This document shows positions 27,937 through 36,857 of a DNA stretch of 64,000 nt, in pieces; within the stretch, counting starts at the first letter, position 1; each line of letters starts with the position of its first letter. Source of the stretch: an uncultured Smithella sp. GTDB taxonomy: Bacteria; Desulfobacterota; Syntrophia; Syntrophales; Smithellaceae. Below the pieces are notes generated by a model. The model was given only the letters and a program-made list of their open reading frames with translations. It was not told the origin of the DNA and searched no databases. Location: assembly GCA_964469905.1 (NCBI GenBank), contig CAYXZW010000002.1, positions 34,230 through 98,229 on the forward strand, given 5' to 3'. The translations under genes were made by a program, and so were the position numbers.

Positions 27937-30108
27937 TTAAGCAGACGATATTTCTATTGCTAATTTTGTTGTTTCAAAAAGACTTTCTAACTCTATAGGG
28001 CAGTTATTATTTGCCTTATCAAGGAGAAATTTCGACATAATATCGAGCTCTTCAAAATGACCTTTCTTAGATGTTTTACTATTCATACTTTGAACTTGCG
28101 CGCCATAACCCACTATTGATTTATAATCATCTACGATTATACTTTTCTCGTCGAAATGTATTTCCAAACATTCCTTAGATAGGATTTTTGACCCTACTGC
28201 AAAATACTCCAAAGTTGCTATTGATCCATCTTCATATTCAAACAAAATGCTCCGGTTATCAGAGCTACTTATGCTTGTGGTTTTTGGTGAAATACTGGCG
28301 GCAGCAAAGGATTTTACTGGTGATCCGACCAGATAGGAAAATAGATCGATGATATGACATGCTTCACCGATAATTCGGCCGCCACCTTCTGCAGTATGAA
28401 CCCAATGTCCTAAAGGTACGTAACCTGCATTCATTCGATAATGAATAAACAGCGGATTTATTCTTTTTTGAGTATGTCTCTTCAATTCCTGAATGTACGG
28501 CGAAAAGCGCCGATTAAATCCAACCATAAGGAATGGTTTTTCGCCTGGCCTTAATGGGGCATGAAGAATATCATTATCACTATATATTTTTTTAATGCTG
28601 CTCAATTCTTCAAGAGTTGTGCAAAGTGGTTTTTCGACAAAAGTATTTTTACCAGCATGCAATGCGTCAAGAACCATTGAGCCATGTAAATTATGCCGCG
28701 TGCAAATCATTACCAGATCAACATCCGGATCTGAAAGTATATCTTGAAAATTTGATGTTGCATATGCCGCTTCGTAGCGTTTGGCTGCGGATTGTGCTTT
28801 TAATCCTGTTCGACTGCAGAGGGCGTGTATTTTATATTTATCACTTAAGCCAGCTAGGTTGGGAAGATGAACCTCTGTCGAGAAACCTCCTGCCCCCACG
28901 AGAGCTACCCGAATTTTTGGTGACTCATTCTTTTTAAAATTAAATACAGGTACCTTTCTTTCCGTTTCAACAATATTCGAAGATTCATCGATAGAGCCTG
29001 CATTATATTCTAAAAGAACTATCATAGGTTTTTCGGGTCCTTTTAGAACCTCAAAAGCCTTATCTACATGATCAATTGAATATACGGCATGAATAAGTGG
29101 TTCGATAATGACTTTCCCAGACTGAAGCAGGCGAAGGTACTCCTCCATGTTACGATTTTCCGTCCAACGTACATAGGCATAAGGATAGTCAACACCATTT
29201 TCTTCATAGGTTGGATCATAACGCCCTGGTCCATAGGATGAGGAAATAAGAAAATCTATTTCTTTTGAGTAAACATCTTCCCTCTTAAATGCATCCCCCC
29301 ATACGCCAACCATGATCATTCGGCCTTTCCGCCGAGTCATGGCGAAGGCATCGGATAAAGCCTGATTTTGATTTGTCGTTGCACAGAAAATAATTGCGTC
29401 CGCGCCGTAGCCGCCCGTGAAATGCATCACAGCTTTAATAGCATCTTCTTTCAGCGGGTTTAAAACTAAATCTGCTCCCAACCGCGCAGCCATGATCAGG
29501 CGTGTTTCGTCCACATCCACTACAACAACTCTGGCTCCAGAATTCTTCAGTATCTGTGAAACTATTTGGCCGATACCACCTGCTCCAAAAACCACAACAT
29601 ATTCGCCCAACTGCACAGAAGCTCTGCGGACACTTTGAATTGCAATGCCTCCCAAAGCAACTGTTGATGCCAGACGATAGCCTAACTGATCTGGCATGCG
29701 GATGACCAGATTACTCGACACAGAGGCAAATTCAGCATGATTCGCACCACCCCCTGCGGCCGCCACCATATCACCAGGCCGAACATTACTTACACCATCA
29801 CCCACGGTAATGACATCTCCTGCCAGTGAATATCCTAAGGGCATTTCGCTATTCAATCTATCAGTTACTTTTGCTAAAGTACGTGCAATCCCGTCATGAG
29901 AAGCCATTTCTAAAACCTGACGCACTTTTTCAGGCTTTTCCAGGGCTCTTTCCAGAATTGATTTATTGCTCCCGGCTAAACTCGTAAGCTCAGTTCCAGT
30001 GGAGATGCATGAGTTTCTGACTTTGATTAATACGGAACCTTTAGATATCGCAGGGCAAGGCACTTCTGTTGGAGAAACCAGTCCTTTTTTGATTAACACT
30101 TGCTTCAT
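27937..30108 (-). CDS. Bi-domain oxidoreductase: N-terminal MDR/zinc-ADH-like domain fused to a C-terminal Gfo/Idh/MocA domain
   Basis: 723 aa. ADH-like half with Rossmann VVVFGAGGIGQIV. Linker around NAGSIDESSNIVETERKV. Second half with IRVALVGAGGFS and FVEKPL (Gfo/Idh/MocA EKP motif). Confidence 0.8.
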   Translation of the reverse strand: MKQVLIKKGLVSPTEVPCPAISKGSVLIKVRNSCISTGTELTSLAGSNKSILERALEKPEKVRQVLEMASHDGIARTLAKVTDRLNSEMPLGYSLAGDVITVGDGVSNVRPGDMVAAAGGGANHAEFASVSSNLVIRMPDQLGYRLASTVALGGIAIQSVRRASVQLGEYVVVFGAGGIGQIVSQILKNSGARVVVVDVDETRLIMAARLGADLVLNPLKEDAIKAVMHFTGGYGADAIIFCATTNQNQALSDAFAMTRRKGRMIMVGVWGDAFKREDVYSKEIDFLISSSYGPGRYDPTYEENGVDYPYAYVRWTENRNMEEYLRLLQSGKVIIEPLIHAVYSIDHVDKAFEVLKGPEKPMIVLLEYNAGSIDESSNIVETERKVPVFNFKKNESPKIRVALVGAGGFSTEVHLPNLAGLSDKYKIHALCSRTGLKAQSAAKRYEAAYATSNFQDILSDPDVDLVMICTRHNLHGSMVLDALHAGKNTFVEKPLCTTLEELSSIKKIYSDNDILHAPLRPGEKPFLMVGFNRRFSPYIQELKRHTQKRINPLFIHYRMNAGYVPLGHWVHTAEGGGRIIGEACHIIDLFSYLVGSPVKSFAAASISPKTTSISSSDNRSILFEYEDGSIATLEYFAVGSKILSKECLEIHFDEKSIIVDDYKSIVGYGAQVQSMNSKTSKKGHFEELDIMSKFLLDKANNNCPIELESLFETTKLAIEISSA

Positions 30109-30150
30109 TTTGTGCTGACTCCTTTGATAGTTTCTCCAGCTTACGTCAGA

Positions 30151-31056
30151 TCATGGCAGCTTTCGCAACGTTGACACGAAAGCCCCTGTTTTTTTAAACA
30201 TCCTTTGGAACATACAAAAGGGAACAAAAGCCAATAGCAGATATTTATAGTACCATACGCGTCCATTCCGTCGGACACACTGAAACATCTTCTTCGTCTG
30301 CAAATAATTTTGGATAGACAGTGCCCAGTTATCTGTGCTCAGCAAGTAATTGGTTTTTATAACTTCAAAGCCGACTTTACTTGCCAAAATTTCAATCGCT
30401 GGAGGCGAAAATAAATAGAGATGCCTGGGAATGTGCAAACTTCCCCAATATTGCTGAAACAGGGAATGGTCCCAACTGTCAGTGTTGGGTGTTTCCAGCA
30501 ATATAAATCCACCAGGTTTGAGAATACGGTGGGCTTTTCTCAATTCTTCTATTGGATCAGTTACATGTTCAATCAAGTTATTCATAATTACAAGATCAAA
30601 GTATTCGACAACATCAATATCCTGCATAGTTCCTGTGATAATGTTACGCCCATTTTTTCTGCCTCTTTCCGCAATTTCATCATTAAATTCGACACCCGTC
30701 AATTCAAGATCGGGGTACTTCTTTTTAAGCAAATCAAAATAAGGCGCATCAGCGCAACCCACATCAATCATCTTCCCTCGTGTTCCGATCAAATTCTTAT
30801 ATTCGCTAAATCTGGATAAATAGACAAGGTGATAAAGAAGAGAAACGACACCTCGCTCGGAGGCATTATAACCATGATAATCTGGTGGATAGTATGTCAA
30901 TAATTCGTCGAGAGTGGGCATGGGGGAGAGCGCCATAATCCCGCACCTTTGACACCTTAAAAAAGAGAAATTGCCTTTGACATCATATTCCCTGTCAAAT
31001 AGATCCGTTAAGTCACATTCTAATTGCATCTCGTCACACAATATGCAGTTGGGCAT
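30151..31056 (-). CDS. Class I SAM-dependent methyltransferase with N-terminal zinc ribbon
   Basis: 301 aa; CILC...CQRCG ribbon, SAM motif I MIDVGCADAPY, VIMNNLIEHV, LKPGGFILLETPN; start overlaps the upstream stop (TAATG). Confidence 0.8.
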   Translation of the reverse strand: MPNCILCDEMQLECDLTDLFDREYDVKGNFSFLRCQRCGIMALSPMPTLDELLTYYPPDYHGYNASERGVVSLLYHLVYLSRFSEYKNLIGTRGKMIDVGCADAPYFDLLKKKYPDLELTGVEFNDEIAERGRKNGRNIITGTMQDIDVVEYFDLVIMNNLIEHVTDPIEELRKAHRILKPGGFILLETPNTDSWDHSLFQQYWGSLHIPRHLYLFSPPAIEILASKVGFEVIKTNYLLSTDNWALSIQNYLQTKKMFQCVRRNGRVWYYKYLLLAFVPFCMFQRMFKKTGAFVSTLRKLP

Positions 31057-32165
31057 TATTTCTTATCCATCAGGTATTCTCTAATAAAAGATTCAGACAT
31101 TGCTGGTAAACAATTTTGTATATTATTATTGCTGTAATAGGGATTTTTTAGCATTTCAGATTGAATTTTCTGTAAAGATTTTTCTCGAATATTACCATAA
31201 CTTATTTGAATAAGTGGACAGGAAACTATATCACCATATGGTTGTAATCCTATTTTCTCTCTTGCCGCGGGACACTTAATGACCGTCAGACTGGAATACA
31301 TATCAGTTCGGTTATTCCATGATTTTGAAAGCAACCAGAAAAAATACAGTTTCGCTTCTTCTGTTAACATCAAATCTATCCTATTTTTATTAGCTCCGGT
31401 TAAGCAGCAGGGGGTAATTTGAAGTAAACACCCCAATTTTTTTGCTAAATGAAAAGTATAGATGATGTCGTCTTTTTGTACTTTGGCATTGGTTAAAATT
31501 GTGTTTAAAGAAACGTGAATTTTATGTTTTTTACAATGATGAATATTTTCAAGGATTTTATTATAACCCCCTTTAACCCTATTTCTATCGTGTAAGTCTT
31601 CAAAAGCAGAGTCAAAGCCCATTTCAATTCCGTCCAAACCGCATTCTTTCAATTTTTCTATCTTGCTTTCTGTAAGCAATGTGCCGTTCGTACATAGCAT
31701 TACGAGGCGTCTGTGATACTTTTTGATATATTTCACCAACTCATATACGGTTTCTTCTTCCAGCATGGGTTCGCCGCCATTTAAAGAAAATTGAAAGGCT
31801 CCAAGTTCAACCGCCTGATCAACAGCATTCTTAAATTCATCAATAGTTAACTTCTCTTTCAATTCTTTATCTTTATTGAAAGCTAACCGGCAGGAGCACT
31901 GTTCACATGCCGAATTGCAGCGATAGGTGATGGCCAATTCCAAAGAGCGTAGGCATCCCCTTCCCTGAGTTGCCCTCAGAAAACCATTAATCACATAGCG
32001 CCATATAATCGGATATGACAGTATTATAATTATACTCTGAATTACTCGATTGAAAAAGATTCGATAAAAAATAAACCTCTGCAAGAATTTGCTTGATTTT
32101 ACACGTTCGAACTCTTCGTGAAATTTCTGTATCTTGACACTTGATATTATGTCATTCAGTTCCAT
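31056..32165 (-). CDS. Radical SAM protein with N-terminal TM helix and SPASM/twitch-like C-terminal Cys region
   Basis: 369 aa; CNSACEQC (CxxxCxxC) cluster motif, SLNGGEPML GGE motif, hydrophobic VIQSIIIILSYPIIWRYVINGF before the core, downstream Cys: ITPCC, IKCPAAREKIGLQPYGDIVSCP, NCLPAM. Confidence 0.8.
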   Translation of the reverse strand: MELNDIISSVKIQKFHEEFERVKSSKFLQRFIFYRIFFNRVIQSIIIILSYPIIWRYVINGFLRATQGRGCLRSLELAITYRCNSACEQCSCRLAFNKDKELKEKLTIDEFKNAVDQAVELGAFQFSLNGGEPMLEEETVYELVKYIKKYHRRLVMLCTNGTLLTESKIEKLKECGLDGIEMGFDSAFEDLHDRNRVKGGYNKILENIHHCKKHKIHVSLNTILTNAKVQKDDIIYTFHLAKKLGCLLQITPCCLTGANKNRIDLMLTEEAKLYFFWLLSKSWNNRTDMYSSLTVIKCPAAREKIGLQPYGDIVSCPLIQISYGNIREKSLQKIQSEMLKNPYYSNNNIQNCLPAMSESFIREYLMDKK

Positions 32166-32199
32166 AAAAACATCTCCGGTCAGATCAATGGCCGATTCA

Positions 32200-34101
32200 T
32201 TAATTTACGTTGGTGAGGAAAGTCTTCTTCCATATCATGAAGACAAGAAGTCCCCAGATTTCGAAACCAAACGATTCTTTCCTCTTATAATGAAGATCAA
32301 GCATTTTTCGGACATTTTTCGCATGAAATATCCCTGATTCTCGAAGGGATTTTTCAGATAAGTATTCTTCTATTAAGTTAACAAGTTGATTTCTTGTCCA
32401 TTGATGAACAGGAATGCTAAACCCTTGTTTGGGACGGTTTGCCATATGAACTGGAAATTTCCTTGCCATATAACGCTTCAGAATATGCTTACTGGAAGTA
32501 AGATCCTTCAATTTTAATTCTGCCGGTAGTTTTAATGCCCATTCTACAATGCGATGGTCAAGCCACGGAGAACGAACCTCGAGACCATGGGCCATACTCA
32601 TGCGATCGACCTTGGCAAGGATGTCATTGGGGAGATACTCGCAACTATCTGCAATTTGGAGCGAAATCAGATCAGGATTATAATAATCAACATTGTGTTT
32701 TGATGACATATAGTTAAATGTATCATAAGAATCCGCAAGATTAGATAAAAAATCGTCCGACAACAAATTACCTTTGTCTTCTGAACACCAAGTGCCGTTC
32801 CATGAAAAATGGGCACATCCTGGGGGCATAAGAAGCCCGCGTGAAAACCGTTTCAATTTGTACTCTAATGATACTTTACTATCCGATATCGGTATATGAC
32901 TGACCAATGAGTTTGTCAATCGCAACATACTTAATGGAATATATTTTCTTATCATTTTTGCTAATAAAGTCGCCTGATAGGTTAAATATCCGGCAAAGGT
33001 TTCATCTCCTCCATCTCCCCCAAGGACTACTTTAACGCTCTTGGATGTATCCCGACTTAATAGATATACGGGAAGGGCCGAAGAGTCAGCTAATGGTTCA
33101 TCCGCATGATAAATTAAAGATGGTAAATTTTTCCCGACATCCGGGGTTATTTCAAAAACTTTAATCTCCATGTCGAGTGATTTGGCGATCTCCCTTGCAT
33201 ATTTTTCTTCATTAAAACTTTTTTCGCCAAAGCTTGCGGTAAAGGCAGATACATCCGCTCCAAGTTCCCTGGTCTTCCAAGCAACTAAAGACGAGTCCAC
33301 TCCACCGGAGAGAAAAATTCCAACTGGAACGTCACTTCTCAACCTTATTCTAACTGAATCTGATAAAAGACTGTCCAACTCGTCAATGGCTTCATCTTCA
33401 TTTCGCGGTGAGTTGTTGACGTTGTGAAATTCGCTGAAGCTCCAATAAATATTTCTACGAATCTTTTCCTTTGAAAAAACCATGGTGCTGCCAGGCATGA
33501 TGCGCTTTATGTTTTTCAGCATAGTTCTCTCAGTTGGGATATAATTGAGTGAGAGATAGTCATATAGCGCTGAACAATCTAATTCCCTTGGAACCGCAGG
33601 ATGCAGAATAATAGACTTAATTTCTGATGCAAAAACTACCCAATCCTGATCATTATAATAAAATAACGGTTTTTCACCAAAACGATCCCTTGCAAGAATA
33701 AGCTGTCGCTCCCGCAAGTCGGCAATAGCAATGGCATACATCCCATTCAGATGGGAAAACATTTCAGTTCCCTTTTCTTCATACAGATGCACGATGACTT
33801 CCGTATCTGATTTAGAACGAAAATGATGATTCCTCGCAAGCAATTCATCCTTTAATTCTAAATAATTATATATTTCGCCATTAAAAATGACAATGACAGA
33901 ACCATCCTCATTTGTCATTGGTTGAGAACCACCATCAATATCTATAATTGAAAGCCGCCTGTGTCCGAAGCCGAATACGTTACTATTATAAAATCCTTCA
34001 CCATCGGGGCCTCGGTGTTTGAGCGATAAGGCCATTGCCTTAATTAATTCCCCCTCAATGGGTTTATCGTTTTTAGAAAATATTCCCGCAATGCCGCACA
34101 T
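32200..34101 (-). CDS. Asparagine synthase (glutamine-hydrolysing)-family amidotransferase, copy 1
   Basis: 633 aa; N-terminal nucleophile MCGIAG, HRGPDGEG, PP-loop FLSGGVDSS. Confidence 0.85.
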   Translation of the reverse strand: MCGIAGIFSKNDKPIEGELIKAMALSLKHRGPDGEGFYNSNVFGFGHRRLSIIDIDGGSQPMTNEDGSVIVIFNGEIYNYLELKDELLARNHHFRSKSDTEVIVHLYEEKGTEMFSHLNGMYAIAIADLRERQLILARDRFGEKPLFYYNDQDWVVFASEIKSIILHPAVPRELDCSALYDYLSLNYIPTERTMLKNIKRIMPGSTMVFSKEKIRRNIYWSFSEFHNVNNSPRNEDEAIDELDSLLSDSVRIRLRSDVPVGIFLSGGVDSSLVAWKTRELGADVSAFTASFGEKSFNEEKYAREIAKSLDMEIKVFEITPDVGKNLPSLIYHADEPLADSSALPVYLLSRDTSKSVKVVLGGDGGDETFAGYLTYQATLLAKMIRKYIPLSMLRLTNSLVSHIPISDSKVSLEYKLKRFSRGLLMPPGCAHFSWNGTWCSEDKGNLLSDDFLSNLADSYDTFNYMSSKHNVDYYNPDLISLQIADSCEYLPNDILAKVDRMSMAHGLEVRSPWLDHRIVEWALKLPAELKLKDLTSSKHILKRYMARKFPVHMANRPKQGFSIPVHQWTRNQLVNLIEEYLSEKSLRESGIFHAKNVRKMLDLHYKRKESFGFEIWGLLVFMIWKKTFLTNVN

Positions 34102-34160
34102 TCTGAATAACCTACCAAAGGATAAAGAAAAGATGTGAAGAGGGTATGTGTCTTACTTTA

Positions 34161-35849
34161 TTACTTTTTTTCGACTAAGAAACTACCAATTGCTAATGCA
34201 TCCAATTTTGTCTTTAAAAAACAATTAATTGCCTGAAGAGGTGTGTTTATTAAAGGTTCATCTTTAATGTTAAAGGATGTATTGAGTACCACCGGATGTC
34301 CAGTCTTTTCACCAATGCTTTTAATTAAATCATAATAGATTCCGTTTTCTTCACGGGAAACAGTATGAACTCTCGATGTTCTATCCTGATGGATAACGGC
34401 AGGAAGTAGGTCTATCACTCCAGGTTTCGCCAAGTAGGTATGCGTCATATAAGGAGATGGTGTTTCGTCATTATAGAAATATTTTCCAACTTCATTGAGC
34501 AGAACAGAAGGGGCTAATGGCCTGAATAGCTCTCTATATTTTACTTTTTCATTAACTATCTTTTTCATTTCAGCGATTGATGGATTTGCCAATATACTCC
34601 TTGCTCCCAAGGCTCTTTGTCCATACTCTGTCCCCCCTTGAAACCACCCGACAATCTTACCCCTGGCAATTAATTCAGCCGTTCTTTCGATAATGGCTTC
34701 TTTGCAGTCTGTATAATCAATGTTAGATTGATCAAGTATCTTTCTTATTTCTTCAGTGTTGAATGAATTGCCTAATAAAGCATTTTTCAGTGCTGTACGT
34801 TTATATGACCCGGAACGTATGCTGGAAAGATAGCATGCTGCACCCAATGCACAACCCGCATCACTGGAAGCTGGTCCCAAATAAACATTGTTGGAAATTC
34901 CAGTTTGCATTATCTTCCCTATGGCTAGGCAATTCATCGCTACGCCCCCGGCTATGCACACATTTCTTATGCCTGTTAGTTTTATTGCTCTACTTACATA
35001 TGCAAGGATGCAATCTTCTATCCTTTTCTGGAGACTGGCTGCAAGATTTTTATCGCGCTCTGAAGGATCTATAAATACCTTATTCGATTTGCCAAATAGC
35101 TTTTCACATTTTTTGCTGAATAATGTTTTACTTCCATGGGGGTAGGAAAAATAACTCGTATCGATTTCAAACCTGCCATCATCGGATATGTGCATTATTT
35201 CCTTGAATTGATCATAATATACAGGTGCCCCATAGGCCGAAAGCCCCATCACTTTATATTGATCAGTATAATAACTAAAGCCCAAAAATTGTGTAAATGC
35301 TGAATACACTAAGCCAAGTGAGTGCGGCCACAAAGTTGATTCTATATGTTTAATATCCTTTCCCTTTCCATAACCAATCCAAGATGTCTCCCACTCACCA
35401 GCGCCATCAATACTAACTATTGTGGCATCTTGATAAGGCGAAATCATGAATGCACTTGCAGCATGACACAAATGATGAGGAATCAGACTGATCGCACCTT
35501 CATATTGGAGCTTTTCTCGTATTATCGTTTTTATGAAGTTGAATTTTGCAAACTTGAAAGATTTTCTCAATAAATCTGGGGCATGACATATGTTTCTTAT
35601 TCCGAAGATCATCCGTTCTTTTTGGTAAAGCTGTGGACAAAAATAATAACCTACCTCATCAACATCCCTTATTGTTATTCCAGCTTTTGCTAAGCAGAAA
35701 TGAATACTGTTTATCGGAAAAGACGAGTCAAATTTTATTCTTGTATATCTTTCTTCTTCTGCAGCGGCTACAACTTCGCCATGCTCATTAACGATTGCCG
35801 CAGCCGCATTGTATTCACCAAGACCTGCAATACCCAAATAGAACTTCAT
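34161..35849 (-). CDS. Carbamoyltransferase, NodU/CmcH family
   Basis: 562 aa; ASKHA-like N-terminus LGIAGLGEYNAAAAIV, HHLCHAASAF, YrdC/Kae1-like C-terminal part with VLNTSFNIKDEPLINTP. Confidence 0.8.
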   Translation of the reverse strand: MKFYLGIAGLGEYNAAAAIVNEHGEVVAAAEEERYTRIKFDSSFPINSIHFCLAKAGITIRDVDEVGYYFCPQLYQKERMIFGIRNICHAPDLLRKSFKFAKFNFIKTIIREKLQYEGAISLIPHHLCHAASAFMISPYQDATIVSIDGAGEWETSWIGYGKGKDIKHIESTLWPHSLGLVYSAFTQFLGFSYYTDQYKVMGLSAYGAPVYYDQFKEIMHISDDGRFEIDTSYFSYPHGSKTLFSKKCEKLFGKSNKVFIDPSERDKNLAASLQKRIEDCILAYVSRAIKLTGIRNVCIAGGVAMNCLAIGKIMQTGISNNVYLGPASSDAGCALGAACYLSSIRSGSYKRTALKNALLGNSFNTEEIRKILDQSNIDYTDCKEAIIERTAELIARGKIVGWFQGGTEYGQRALGARSILANPSIAEMKKIVNEKVKYRELFRPLAPSVLLNEVGKYFYNDETPSPYMTHTYLAKPGVIDLLPAVIHQDRTSRVHTVSREENGIYYDLIKSIGEKTGHPVVLNTSFNIKDEPLINTPLQAINCFLKTKLDALAIGSFLVEKK

Positions 35850-35850
35850 A

Positions 35851-36840
35851 TCACTGCTGCCTCAAAGAATCAGACGACCAGACCCTTCTGATGTTATATA
35901 TTTTTTCTTTTTTGACTGTGTAATAAATTCGATTCTGTACCTCGGCTATCAGGCCATAACATAGAAAATTAACACCAAGTACAATGAGAAGGATCGAGAA
36001 TAAGAGCAGCGCAATATGATCTTTAACACTCTGAATAAATCCGAGGTAAGAAAAAATGGTTAGCATAGCTGCAATGAAAAAACCTGGCGAAAAGAGGAGC
36101 GCTGCCAAAATACCAAAAATTCGTAAGGGTTTACTTAAGTAATGCAAATAAAAAATCAAGAAAATTAAATCAAGACCTACACCGTACGTTCTAGAAATAC
36201 CATAATTTGATTTACCCGATACCCGGGGAACATTCTTAATGGGGATTTCAGCTATTCTACAGCCCGAACGCGATGCCAAAGCAGGTATGAATCTGTGCAT
36301 TTCTCCGAACAAATCTATATTTTTTAATATACCTCTTCTATATGCGCGAAAGGTTGTCCCAAAATCATGTATGTCAATTTTACTAATTTTATGTATCAGA
36401 TAATTAGCAGCCCTTGACGGCCATTTGCGAGAAACACCCTCTTGTCTGTCTTTTCTCCAGCCGCAGACAAGATCATAGCCTTCCTCAATCTTCTTTATAA
36501 AAAGTGGTATTTCCTCCGGAAAATGTTGAAGATCAGAGTCCAGTGTAATGATAATTTCACCTTTAGCCTCGTCAATACCCGCACACAAGGCGGGAGTCTG
36601 GCCAAAATTCCTCATCAGTTCAATGACCTGTATTCTTCCATTGCTTATAGCAATGTCTTTCATTATTTCCAGAGAATGATCCGTACTCCCGTCATCGATA
36701 AGGATTAATTCAAAATCATAATTTGTTAGTTCTGCCATAACACTTGAAATTCGAGATATGAATTGACCTATAACGGCCTCTTCATTATAAACGGGAGCAA
36801 CAATTGATATGGATGTGTTATTTGTAAAATTTCTATTCAC
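35851..36840 (-). CDS. GT2 polyprenyl-phosphate glycosyltransferase (GtrB/ArnC/DPM1-like) with two C-terminal TMs
   Basis: 329 aa; ISIVAPVYNEE, ILIDDGSTD, ITLDSDLQH (DxD), GWRKDRQ, C-terminal helices LRIFGILAALLFSPGFFIAAML and LLLFSILLIVLGVNFLCYGLIAE. Confidence 0.85.
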   Translation of the reverse strand: MNRNFTNNTSISIVAPVYNEEAVIGQFISRISSVMAELTNYDFELILIDDGSTDHSLEIMKDIAISNGRIQVIELMRNFGQTPALCAGIDEAKGEIIITLDSDLQHFPEEIPLFIKKIEEGYDLVCGWRKDRQEGVSRKWPSRAANYLIHKISKIDIHDFGTTFRAYRRGILKNIDLFGEMHRFIPALASRSGCRIAEIPIKNVPRVSGKSNYGISRTYGVGLDLIFLIFYLHYLSKPLRIFGILAALLFSPGFFIAAMLTIFSYLGFIQSVKDHIALLLFSILLIVLGVNFLCYGLIAEVQNRIYYTVKKEKIYNIRRVWSSDSLRQQ

Positions 36841-36857
36841 GGTTGACTATCCTCTTA

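Noticed and set aside
31056-32199. RiPP (peptide-maturase) interpretation of the SPASM-like radical SAM and of the tandem class B radical SAM enzymes
   Set aside because: No small precursor-peptide ORF, protease or exporter is adjacent. The gaps to neighbours are 34 nt or less, or overlapping, and every neighbour is a sugar-pathway enzyme. A glycan or lipid-linked substrate is more parsimonious.
32134-32337. 67-aa plus-strand ORF bridging the rSAM-AsnB junction
   Set aside because: It is antisense to the ends of two well-supported genes. It has no ribosome-binding site and no motif.
32200-34101. AsnB homologues as lasso-peptide cyclases
   Set aside because: Both copies keep the N-terminal glutaminase domain with the Cys nucleophile (MCGIAG), which lasso cyclases lack. 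No precursor or protease genes are present.
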